Source: an uncultured Candidatus Binatia bacterium
Lineage (GTDB): Bacteria > Desulfobacterota > Binatia > Bin18
Assembly: GCA_965200965.1 (NCBI GenBank)
Contig: OZ241744.1
Span: 2,144,001 to 2,208,000, forward strand
DNA: 64,000 bases
Direction: 5' to 3'
The position numbers and the translations under genes are program-made. Below, one piece after another: positions 33,958 through 42,284 of this stretch (positions are counted from its first letter, which is position 1; each line of letters opens with the position of its first letter). The notes under the pieces were generated by a model. The model worked only from the letters and a program-made list of their open reading frames with translations. It ran no database searches and was not told the DNA's origin.

Positions 33958-34404
33958 TCAGGCTGCCCCTTTCGGCGGCGCAGTACGTTCAATCAGCGTC
34001 CGCAAGGCGAGCATGGTTTCTGCATGGCGTTCGGCGTGGGCGAGCGTGGCTTCTGCATGGCGTTCGGCTTGGGTGCGCATGGCTTCCATGGTTTCGGCGT
34101 GGCGTTCGGCGTGGGTGCGCATGGTTTCTGCATGGCGTTCGGCTTGAGTGCGCGTGGCTTCTGCATGGCGTTCGGCTTGGGTGCGCATGGCTTCCATGGT
34201 TTCGGCGTGGCGTTCGGCGTGCTGTTGTTCGCGGCGGTCGCCCATCCGTGCCATGTAGCGAATGCCGTAGCCGACGATCCCGGCCTGAATCAGCCCGACG
34301 GCCAGGGCAACCCAGGCCTGCAGATGGGCGGCCGTGACCGCGGCCTCTTGCAAGGCGAGCGTGGCCTGCTCAAAGGTGGTGAGGGTGCCGGCAGTGTCAA
34401 ACAT
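33958..34404 (-). CDS. Membrane-anchored His-rich repeat protein, copy 1 (6 units, 148 aa)
   Basis: Same architecture; only copy with unique upstream sequence. Confidence 0.75.
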   Translation of the reverse strand: MFDTAGTLTTFEQATLALQEAAVTAAHLQAWVALAVGLIQAGIVGYGIRYMARMGDRREQQHAERHAETMEAMRTQAERHAEATRTQAERHAETMRTHAERHAETMEAMRTQAERHAEATLAHAERHAETMLALRTLIERTAPPKGAA

Positions 34405-34473
34405 CAGGTACGTCCCGACCCGGCCTTTCTACCCTGTTTTATCTTGGTTATCCAGTAGCCAGTAGGCCGGCTC

Positions 34474-34501
34474 TTGCACCCTGCGGCCAGGGTGCTATGC
34501 A
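34474..34501 (+). promoter_or_regulatory. Putative sigma70-type promoter containing a palindrome
   Basis: TTGCAC-N16-TATGCA with extended TG; GCACCCTG-CGGC-CAGGGTGC palindrome at 34476-34495. Confidence 0.4.
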
Positions 34502-34527
34502 GGACTCTGGAAGGAACGAGAACCCAC

Positions 34528-35676
34528 ATGGCGGAGCAACGTTTTTCTCTGATTAGCGACGAAGCCCTGGCCGCCCTCCGGCAACTGATCAAGGTGCCGA
34601 TTGAGGACTCGCTGGAGCCGTGGTGCTATGAGGCCAGCCGCGACAACATCCGTCACTACGCCCACGGCATTGGCGACGATAACCCGCTGTGGTGTGACCC
34701 CGACTATGCCGCCACAACAGCCTACGGCACCCTGGCCGCTCCGCCGTCGTTTGTTTTTCCGCTGAACCGCATTCTGAGCGGCTATGTCGGCGGGCTGCCC
34801 GGCGTACACGCCATGTGGGCCGGGGCCGATATCAGCTGGCACAGCCCCATGCTGCGCGGCGACGAGTTCACCACCAAAGCCTGGCTCAAAGACCTGATTG
34901 AGCACGACACCCGTTTTGCCGGCCGGGCGATCCAGCAGGTCTACCATGTGGAGTACTACAATCAGACCGGGCGGCTGGTGGCCAGCGGCGACAGCTGGTG
35001 TTTTCGGACCGAGCGCGATACCGCCCGCGAGCGGGGCACCAAATACACCGCGCTCAAGCACCGCCAGCCTGTTCGCTATTCGCGTGACGCTCTTGCCCGA
35101 ATCTTTGCCCAGTACGCCGAGGAAAAAATCCGGGGGGCAACCCCACGCTATATTGAAGATGTGCAGGTCGGTGACAGCCTGCCGACTATGGTCAAAGGCC
35201 CGATGACAGTGACGGGCTTTATCTGCTACGCCCAGGGCTGGGGCGGGCTGTATATTCGGGCCAACCGTCTGGCCTGGAAGCAGCTCAAGAAACATCCCGG
35301 CCTGGGCATCCCGGACCGCTTCGGCATCCCTGATGTGCCCGAGCGGGTCCACTGGGACGGCGACCTGGCCGCCCTGGTCGGTACGCCCGACGCCTATGAC
35401 TACGGACCGGAGCGCACCTCGTGGATGACCCACCATCTGACCGACTGGATGGGCGACAGTGGCTTTCTGTGCCATATCCATGTGGAAATCCGGCGGCATA
35501 ATCCGGTCGGAGACACCCTGTACATCAACGGCGAGGTCAGGCGGATTTTTGCACAAGACCACGCCCACTACGTCGAGATTGCCCAGACTGCCACGAATCA
35601 GAATGACGAGTTGTCTGTCCATGCTACGGCCATCATCCGGCTCCCGTCACGGGTGCCGTCACTGCGAAAGGAGTAG
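34528..35676 (+). CDS. MaoC-like double hot-dog fold dehydratase/hydratase
   Basis: DNIRHYAHGIGDDNPLW, APPSF, second domain EDVQVGDSLP...HWD...DWMGD; ATG at 34528 after AAGGA. Confidence 0.85.
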   Translation: MAEQRFSLISDEALAALRQLIKVPIEDSLEPWCYEASRDNIRHYAHGIGDDNPLWCDPDYAATTAYGTLAAPPSFVFPLNRILSGYVGGLPGVHAMWAGADISWHSPMLRGDEFTTKAWLKDLIEHDTRFAGRAIQQVYHVEYYNQTGRLVASGDSWCFRTERDTARERGTKYTALKHRQPVRYSRDALARIFAQYAEEKIRGATPRYIEDVQVGDSLPTMVKGPMTVTGFICYAQGWGGLYIRANRLAWKQLKKHPGLGIPDRFGIPDVPERVHWDGDLAALVGTPDAYDYGPERTSWMTHHLTDWMGDSGFLCHIHVEIRRHNPVGDTLYINGEVRRIFAQDHAHYVEIAQTATNQNDELSVHATAIIRLPSRVPSLRKE

Positions 35677-35679
35677 GCT

Positions 35680-37086
35680 ATGGCAACACTTTCATTACCC
35701 CCGACGGTCAGCGGTTCGGCCCCGGTTATTGGCCATGCGGTTGAGTTCCTCAGAGACCCGATTCCGCTCCTGGAACGCGGCTATCAGGAGCACGGCTCGG
35801 CGTTCTCGCTACGGCTCGGCACCAAGCCGGCGGTTGTCCTGCTCGGGCCCGACAACAACCGCTTCTTTTTTGCCGAAACCGATAAGCTGCTGTCGATCCG
35901 GGAAGGCTATCCGTTCTTCATCAAGATGTTCCACAAACGGTTTTACTTCTTTGCCGAGTTTGAAGAATATCTGGAGCAGCGGGCCATTGTCCTGCCCCGC
36001 TTCCAGGGCCAGCAGATGAACCAGTATGTCTCAACCATGGCCCAGGAGACCTGCGACCTGATTGAACGGCTGGGCGACAGCGGCTCGTTTGATCTGATTC
36101 CGACCCTCGGCCCGCTGGTGATGAATATCGCCGCCAATGCGTTTTTAGGCCCGGCCTTCCGGGGCGGGCTGGGCGGCGAGTTCTTTACCGACTTCCGGCA
36201 CTTCTCAGGCGGCATGGAGCCGGTCCTGCCGCTGTGGCTGCCCCTGCCCAAACTGCGCCGCAGCCAGAAGGCCAAGAAAAAGCTGCACCGGGTGCTGGGC
36301 GAGTTGATCGACACCCGTCGCCGGCAGCCGCCGGCTGAGCCCGATTTTCTCCAGACCCTGGTTGAGGCCCGCTTTTCTGATGGCCGGCCGGTTGATGATG
36401 AGCTGGTCATCAACCTGATCCTGCTGCTGGTATGGGCCGGCCACGAAACGACCGCCGGGCATATCAGCTGGGCGCTGATCGACCTGTTGCAGCATCCAGG
36501 TTATCTCCAGACCGTCCTTGACGACCAGGACGAGCACATCGGCGACCGCCAGGACCTGACAATGGCCGATGTGCGCCAGTTGTCGCGCATTGACTGGGCG
36601 GTCAAGGAGACCGAGCGGCTCCACCCGGTCGCCTATATTCTGATGCGGACCGCGGCCGAGGAGCTGGAAATCGGGGGGTTTCGGGTGCCGCAGGGCAGCC
36701 GGGTGTTTGCCGCCCCGTCAATCTCTCACCGGATGCCGGAGGTCTTTCCTGAGCCGGAGCGCTATGTCCCGGAGCGCTTCTCCCCGGCCCGGGACGAATC
36801 CCGCACCCCGCACAGTCTGATCGGCTTCGGTGGCGGGGTGCATCGCTGCGCCGGTGTCAACTTCGCCTATCTGGAGATGAAAGTCGCCCTGACCCTGCTG
36901 CTCCAGCACTATGAGTTCAACCTGCTGAACCCCGACCCCCAGCCGGTGGCCGGGGCGATGACCAAGTGGCCGGCCAGCCCGTGCCTGGTGAGCTATCAGC
37001 GGCGCTCCGGAGTGCCGAAGAGAGAGCGGCCGGTGGAGGAGACGCACCGCACGGCCAGCGCAGGACACTGCCCGGTCCACCACTGA
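35680..37086 (+). CDS. Cytochrome P450, CYP51-like
   Basis: AGHETT I-helix, KETERLHP (ExxR), PERF, FGGGVHRCAG haem-Cys motif. Confidence 0.95.
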   Translation: MATLSLPPTVSGSAPVIGHAVEFLRDPIPLLERGYQEHGSAFSLRLGTKPAVVLLGPDNNRFFFAETDKLLSIREGYPFFIKMFHKRFYFFAEFEEYLEQRAIVLPRFQGQQMNQYVSTMAQETCDLIERLGDSGSFDLIPTLGPLVMNIAANAFLGPAFRGGLGGEFFTDFRHFSGGMEPVLPLWLPLPKLRRSQKAKKKLHRVLGELIDTRRRQPPAEPDFLQTLVEARFSDGRPVDDELVINLILLLVWAGHETTAGHISWALIDLLQHPGYLQTVLDDQDEHIGDRQDLTMADVRQLSRIDWAVKETERLHPVAYILMRTAAEELEIGGFRVPQGSRVFAAPSISHRMPEVFPEPERYVPERFSPARDESRTPHSLIGFGGGVHRCAGVNFAYLEMKVALTLLLQHYEFNLLNPDPQPVAGAMTKWPASPCLVSYQRRSGVPKRERPVEETHRTASAGHCPVHH

Positions 37087-37087
37087 C

Positions 37088-37124
37088 CGTCCGGTTTCCT
37101 CTCCGATAGAGAGGAAACCGGACG
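37088..37124. terminator. Strong 16-bp-stem hairpin right after the P450 stop
   Basis: CGTCCGGTTTCCTCTC-CGATA-GAGAGGAAACCGGACG perfect inverted repeat; no U-tract. Confidence 0.6.
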
Positions 37125-37237
37125 CGGGTCAAGCTGCGCCAGCAACCAATCAAGACAGTCCGATTGTCAAACCCCCAATGTTTGCCTGAAATAGTCCGCA
37201 GCCAAACGGGAGCCTGTACCGGAAGGCAGAAGTTCAC

Positions 37238-37957
37238 ATGACGAAACAGGAGAAAACAGCCAGCAACAGAGGAGAGGACTGGAATGTTGATATTACCGAA
37301 TTCTCCGTTGTTTTGCTTGCCACTTCCAACAATCCGTCAATTTTAAACCCGGATTTCCTGCAATATAACGACATCGTGGACGCGAGTCAGCAGATACAGG
37401 AGCCTCGTATTTCGACTCCAGCTTTTTCCCAAGTGATATTCCAGGACGGGCTCACCGTGACCGCCGACCCGGACCGCGTTATATTTGCGCAAACCAGAGG
37501 CAGATTGGCCACAGAAGACATTGTCTGCCCAGAAATAGCAAAACGCTATGTGAAGACAGTTCCGCACGTCACCTACCGCGCCGTCGGTATCAACCCGAAA
37601 GGCTTTAGACGCTCGGGGGACGGAGCACCTGACAGGGTAGCAAACGCTCTGACCGACAAAGGAGCATGGCTGTCATTCAAGGACACCATACCGGAAATTC
37701 AGCTCAAGGCGGTGTACCGTTATTCCGGACGGACAATTTTCCTGGACGTTATTGAAGCCAGACGAGAAGCTGACGGACGCCAAACTCCTGGAATACTGTT
37801 TCAGGCGAACATTCACCGTGATATCACAGAGACAAACCCGCAGAAGCGTACCGAGGGCTTGTTGTCTATTATCGACTCCTGGAAAGAAGACCTGTCCGAG
37901 TTTCATGTCCTGGTAAATAAGGTTCTACGAAAGGAAGCGGAATGCCCATTGAACTGA
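37238..37957 (+). CDS. Hypothetical protein, first gene of an AT-richer three-gene island (TIGR04255-like by motif)
   Basis: SVVL...NNPSILNPDFL, PHVTYRAVGINP, FQANIHRD; overlaps the next gene. Confidence 0.75.
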   Translation: MTKQEKTASNRGEDWNVDITEFSVVLLATSNNPSILNPDFLQYNDIVDASQQIQEPRISTPAFSQVIFQDGLTVTADPDRVIFAQTRGRLATEDIVCPEIAKRYVKTVPHVTYRAVGINPKGFRRSGDGAPDRVANALTDKGAWLSFKDTIPEIQLKAVYRYSGRTIFLDVIEARREADGRQTPGILFQANIHRDITETNPQKRTEGLLSIIDSWKEDLSEFHVLVNKVLRKEAECPLN

Positions 37958-38745
37958 ACTCTCAAACAGACAGGGCGAATATCACCACAACGGTTGAGAC
38001 TCCGCAGTATGATTGGGACCAATCTCTACTCTCCTGCGACCAGCCCACGACCCCAGACACAGCAATCATGCAGCGGCTTGGCTTGGCGTATGATCGAGGC
38101 CAACTTGGGTCTCGTGAGCCGGTTCCATGTGTTCCGAATTCCCCGACCCCTCTTTCCAGTTGGAGCGGGACAGAATATCAATCCGATAATACCCAGGCCG
38201 AAGAGCAATTAGCACAAAGGGCTTTGTCCATTCTTCCCCAGTTGATGCCCCAGGTAAACCGATTCCTCAGCGAGATCATCTCGGCCTGGACCACCCCCCA
38301 GTTGATGCCTCGGGTAGACCGACAGGCTTTCCCAGCAGCTCGGAACATCCTGGCTGAGTTTGTCGTGCGTGGTGCGAGCAGTTTCCCGGTCTCACTCGTC
38401 AACGCTTTGGGGGATCTCCAGGAAGTGACCGATGAGGCGTGTGAAGAAGGGCTCCCTCTACCGTCTGATGTGGCGCGACAAAACGCAGACCGCCTGTTGC
38501 GAAAAATGTATACAATCTCGCCCCGTCGTTTCGAGGTATATCCTACACAGGATGGCGAGATTGCCATTGACGCGCCGGATGGGCACGGGCGATCAGTGCT
38601 GTTGCTGTGCGATTCAGAAGGGGGGGCGCTGTGCCTCGTCAATATGAACGGGAACCATCGCCGCGCCCGGTATTCCACTACCGACACGCTTCCTGATGGC
38701 TTCGTGCGTGAAGCCTTGGCCGATCTGGAACGGCAGAGTGATTGA
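37942..38745 (+). CDS. Hypothetical protein, putative antitoxin-like
   Basis: Low-complexity N-half with a PQLMP duplication; globular C-half (EVYPTQDGEIAID); overlaps both neighbours. Confidence 0.7.
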   Translation: MPIELNSQTDRANITTTVETPQYDWDQSLLSCDQPTTPDTAIMQRLGLAYDRGQLGSREPVPCVPNSPTPLSSWSGTEYQSDNTQAEEQLAQRALSILPQLMPQVNRFLSEIISAWTTPQLMPRVDRQAFPAARNILAEFVVRGASSFPVSLVNALGDLQEVTDEACEEGLPLPSDVARQNADRLLRKMYTISPRRFEVYPTQDGEIAIDAPDGHGRSVLLLCDSEGGALCLVNMNGNHRRARYSTTDTLPDGFVREALADLERQSD

Positions 38746-39154
38746 ACCTGTGCATGTTCCCAAAGATATTGCACCCGAAGAGGAACTCGGACGTGGTGTG
38801 TTTTCGGAGAAACACAAGCACCGCGCTACACGCTCGCGTGTTCCGTTCCATGTGTTTCTGGAAAAACCGGGGAAGACCGAGATTTCTGTTGACAGGTTGA
38901 GGATCGCTCCACCGGGTGAAGCGCGTACAATTGCCGACAAAGTAGCTGCGGCGCGTAAGCGTGCTTTTCACGGATGGGCCTTCGTTATTGCTGAACGGGC
39001 TGTCAGCAATAAGCGGCGGGTGACTGCGAGTCCGCTTCCCGACAATCCCTATCACGCGGACATCATACTGCCGCAGCTTGCTGCCGATGATCGAGCAGAG
39101 CAGAAGCGACACGCTCAAGAATTGGCGGATGCTTCAGAGTGGCGTGGTCGTTGA
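38738..39154 (+). CDS. Hypothetical protein, putative ADP-ribosyltransferase-fold toxin
   Basis: E.LGR...F...EISVDR...P...NPYHADI pattern; GTG at 38738 overlaps the upstream stop. Confidence 0.65.
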   Translation: MIEPVHVPKDIAPEEELGRGVFSEKHKHRATRSRVPFHVFLEKPGKTEISVDRLRIAPPGEARTIADKVAAARKRAFHGWAFVIAERAVSNKRRVTASPLPDNPYHADIILPQLAADDRAEQKRHAQELADASEWRGR

Positions 39155-39194
39155 AGGACGGCTATTCCCCGGATCGGACAGCAAACGCTCTTGC

Positions 39195-40343
39195 CTAATA
39201 CTGACGCAGCCGCGCCCAGCGCTCCCGGTGCCAGGCCGCATCCCCAAAGGTCATCTCGGCCACCCGGGCGCGTTTGATGTAAAACCCCACATCATGCTCA
39301 TCGGTCATGCCGATGCCGCCGTGCATCTGCACGCCCTCGTTGGCGGCTGACACAAAGGTGTCCGAGCAGCGTGCTTTGGCCAGCGAAATCAGCGCTGCCG
39401 CCTCAGCATCATCGGCATCAACAGCCCGGGCCGCGGCCATGACCGCAGAGCGAGCCAGTTCAATGTCCATGAACAGCCGGGCCGCCCGGTGTTTGAGCGC
39501 CTGGAAGCTGCCGATCAGCGCCCCGAACTGGGCCCGCGTCTTCAAATAGTCCAGGGTCGTCTCGAAGAGCTGGGTCATCCCGCCGAGCATCTCCGCGCAT
39601 AAGCCAACCGTTGCCCGATCGACGACCTGAGACAGGGCCGGGAACCCCGCGCCGAGCGGGCCAATCACGCTCTCCGTCCCGACTTTCACATCCTCCAGGC
39701 CCACCAGAGCAACGGCCCGACAGTCAACCCGCGACTGGGGTGTGATGCTGACACCGGGCGCATCTTTGGGGAGCAGGAACAGGCTGATGCCATGAGGGTC
39801 GGCCTTCCCGCCAGATGTCCGGGCCGAGATAATCAGCGCGTCCGCGCTGGAGCCGTCAAGGACCTGGACCTTTTCGCCCGAGAGATGCCACGCCTCGCCC
39901 CCGGCGGTGGCGGTGGTGCTGACCCGGTTCAGGTCGTAGCGGCTGCCGGCCTCTTGACAGGCCAGGCTGAGGATCTTTTCGCCGGCGGCAATGCCCGGCA
40001 GCCAGGCGCGTTTCTGGTCAGCGCTGCCGGCACCGGCCAGCAGTTGGCCGGCCAGCAGCACAGTCGAGAGAAACGGCTCGGGGGCGAGGTTGCGGCCGAG
40101 GGCTTCGATGACCACGGCAAAATCGGCCATGCCCAGCCCGGCCCCGCCGTACTCTTCTGGAATCAGTATACCGACCCAGCCCAGCCCGGCCATGTCCTGC
40201 CACAGTGAGCGGGAAAAGCCGACCGGGTCTCCAGCGTCGCGCAAGGCCCGCACGCGGGAGAGGGGCGAGTTGGCCCGCACATAGTCAAGCGCGGTTTGCG
40301 CCAGAAGTTCCTGGTCTTGGGTAAGAACGAGTTGCTGCGCCAC
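39195..40343 (-). CDS. Acyl-CoA dehydrogenase family protein (second subunit of a pair)
   Basis: PEEYGGAG, RAQFGALIGSFQALKHR, QMHGGIGMTDEHD. Confidence 0.93.
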   Translation of the reverse strand: MAQQLVLTQDQELLAQTALDYVRANSPLSRVRALRDAGDPVGFSRSLWQDMAGLGWVGILIPEEYGGAGLGMADFAVVIEALGRNLAPEPFLSTVLLAGQLLAGAGSADQKRAWLPGIAAGEKILSLACQEAGSRYDLNRVSTTATAGGEAWHLSGEKVQVLDGSSADALIISARTSGGKADPHGISLFLLPKDAPGVSITPQSRVDCRAVALVGLEDVKVGTESVIGPLGAGFPALSQVVDRATVGLCAEMLGGMTQLFETTLDYLKTRAQFGALIGSFQALKHRAARLFMDIELARSAVMAAARAVDADDAEAAALISLAKARCSDTFVSAANEGVQMHGGIGMTDEHDVGFYIKRARVAEMTFGDAAWHRERWARLRQY

Positions 40344-40354
40344 GGTGCTCTCTC

Positions 40355-41545
40355 CTAATCCGGCAGTCCCAACACCCGCTTGGCAATCACATTGAGTTGA
40401 ATCTCGCTCGTCCCGCCCTCAATCGTGTTGCCCCGTGAACGCAGCCAGTCGCGAGTCAGGCCGAGCTCGCGCTCATCAAAGCCCGGCCCTTCCCAGCCCA
40501 GGGCCTGCGGACCGGCAATCGACAGCAGGAGTTCCTGGCGGCGCTGGTTGAGTTCAGTCCCGTAGATTTTGAACATTGAGCTTTCCGGACCTGGCGGGCG
40601 GCCGGCCTTGGCCGCGTCACGGCTGCGCTCGGAGGTCAGCCGAAACGCCATATTGTCCATCTCGAAGCGGGCGATACGGTCGCGCAGCGCCGTGTCGGCG
40701 AGCCGTTCGTGGTCAAAATCGAGATATTTTCTGGCCCAGTCGCGCAGCCCGCGGCGTTTGCCGCCCCCGCCACTAAAGGCGGTGGCGATCATCGACCGTT
40801 CGTGGTTCAACAGCGCCTTGGCCACGCTCCAGCCCTCGTTCACCCGGCTGACCACATTTGTGGCCGGCACCCTGACATCAGTCAGAAAAGTCTCGCAGAA
40901 CGGCGAGGAGCCGCTGATGAGTTTGATCGGGCGGGTTTCCACCCCGGGAGTTTCCATGTCCATCAGGATGAAGGTGATGCCCCGGTGTTTGGGTGCGTCC
41001 GGGTCGGTCCTGACCAGCAGAAACATCCAGTCGGCAAAGTTGGCGTAGGAGGTCCAGATTTTCTGGCCGTTGATGACGTAGAAGTCGCCGTCGAGCACGG
41101 CCCGGGTCTGGAGCGAGGCCAGATCGCTGCCCGAGCCGGGCTCTGAATAGCCCTGACACCAGCGGATTTCACCCCGCACAATTTTGGTCAGGTGTTCGTG
41201 TTTTTGTTCTTCGGTCCCGTACTCCAGCAGGGTCGGGCCGATCATGGTCAGGCCAAAGCCGATGAGCGGCACCGGCAGCCTGAGCGACGCCATTTCCTCG
41301 CGCAGAATCCTGGCCTCGGCCTTTGACAGTCCGCCGCCGCCGTACTGGGTCGGCCATTCGGGCGCAGTCCAGCCCTTCTCAGCCATGCGGTCCAGCCAGA
41401 CTTTGGCGTCTGGATTCCTGTAGTGCGCCTTGCGTCCGCCCCAGTTGCCCTCCAGCTCGCTTGACGCTGTGCCGATAAGCGACGCCGGGGCGTGGTCTGT
41501 AAGCCACTGACGGGTTTCGACACGAAAGGTTTCAAGATCGGCCAT
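40355..41545 (-). CDS. Acyl-CoA dehydrogenase family protein
   Basis: WCQGYSEPGSGSDLASL, NGQKIWTS, TIEGGTSEIQLNVIAKRVLGLP; ATG at 41545 after GAGGAGG. Confidence 0.95.
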   Translation of the reverse strand: MADLETFRVETRQWLTDHAPASLIGTASSELEGNWGGRKAHYRNPDAKVWLDRMAEKGWTAPEWPTQYGGGGLSKAEARILREEMASLRLPVPLIGFGLTMIGPTLLEYGTEEQKHEHLTKIVRGEIRWCQGYSEPGSGSDLASLQTRAVLDGDFYVINGQKIWTSYANFADWMFLLVRTDPDAPKHRGITFILMDMETPGVETRPIKLISGSSPFCETFLTDVRVPATNVVSRVNEGWSVAKALLNHERSMIATAFSGGGGKRRGLRDWARKYLDFDHERLADTALRDRIARFEMDNMAFRLTSERSRDAAKAGRPPGPESSMFKIYGTELNQRRQELLLSIAGPQALGWEGPGFDERELGLTRDWLRSRGNTIEGGTSEIQLNVIAKRVLGLPD

Positions 41546-41880
41546 TGCTCCAGTCCTCCTCAAAGCTGCATGGACGCGGCAAGCCTTGGAGCGCCAGGGC
41601 GTGCCCGTTGGGCGGTTTCTTCTCTGGCCGCGTCCGGGGCTGGTCAGCCGGGGCCGTGCTGTAGACGATAGTATCCGGCTCAGCCTTTGCTCGGGCGCTT
41701 GCTGATGGTGTCGGCTCCTGACTGGTCTGGGGGAATAGTTGTTCAAGCGTCAACTTCATCATCCCTGCTATGCGCCGAGTATAGACCTGGATGTCTTCTG
41801 TTCGTCGGGGTCAGAGCGGGCTGAGGCTGAGCCGGTCAAGGTCCCTGCAAGGACCAGGGCCATGATGATTATTCTCCCGG

Positions 41881-42123
41881 TCATGGGCCACTCCTTCCTT
41901 GCTCCCCGGTGCGTTCAATCAGCGCCCGCAAGGCTTCCCCCTGCTGGCGGAGGGCTTCCATTGTTTCGGTGTGCTGCGCATCCCGTGCGCCGGCGGCTTT
42001 GCACATCAGCCATAAGTCCCCGCCAATCAAGCCCGCTTGCAGGAACCCGATCCCGACTTGGGCCGCGGCAATCAGATTACCGGTTTCGCGCAAGGCGATC
42101 ATGGCGGTTTCGTATTCGGTCAT
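41881..42123 (-). CDS. Small membrane-anchored protein related to the 32.4-34.4 kb array (single H.ETMEA unit)
   Basis: GIGFLQAGLIGG.L.LM...RDAQHTETMEALR...LRALIERT matches the array proteins; GGAGGG RBS. Confidence 0.75.
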   Translation of the reverse strand: MTEYETAMIALRETGNLIAAAQVGIGFLQAGLIGGDLWLMCKAAGARDAQHTETMEALRQQGEALRALIERTGEQGRSGP

Positions 42124-42202
42124 GCTGGCCCCTCCACACGGTCATTTTACGCCGGCCAAGCCAAGCGAAACAGGCAAACAGAGCTGAGCGGGCCGGGTCA
42201 AG

Positions 42203-42268
42203 CATTCGGGCGCGGTCCAGCCCTTCTCAGCCATGCGGTCCAGCCAGACTTTGGCGTCTGGATTCCTG
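42203..42268. repeat. 66-bp intergenic copy of 41355-41420 (inside the acyl-CoA dehydrogenase gene)
   Basis: 65/66 identical, same orientation. Confidence 0.95.
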
Positions 42269-42284
42269 AGGGTGAAGGCGCGTC

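Larger units (their letters stand above)
32385..34407. repeat. Tandem array of four near-identical gene units (about 450-590 bp), each with internal 33/42-bp repeats
   Basis: Identical 32-bp intergenic spacers; unit length varies only through the internal repeat count. Confidence 0.95.

Noticed and set aside
32316-34458. Plus-strand and alternative-frame ORFs across the repeat array (GFCMAFG-type and AWLLHGVRR-type)
   Set aside because: They stay open only because the repeats are multiples of three. The minus-strand frame has a consistent start, TM helix and stop in all four units, and a relative at 41881.
37125-39215. Target-site duplication or IS ends around the three-gene island
   Set aside because: Only a weak GC-rich resemblance between the ends; no convincing direct or inverted repeats and no transposase.
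41355-42268. Diversity-generating retroelement template/variable repeat pair
   Set aside because: Single mismatch, target is the N-terminal part of a metabolic enzyme, and no reverse transcriptase is present.
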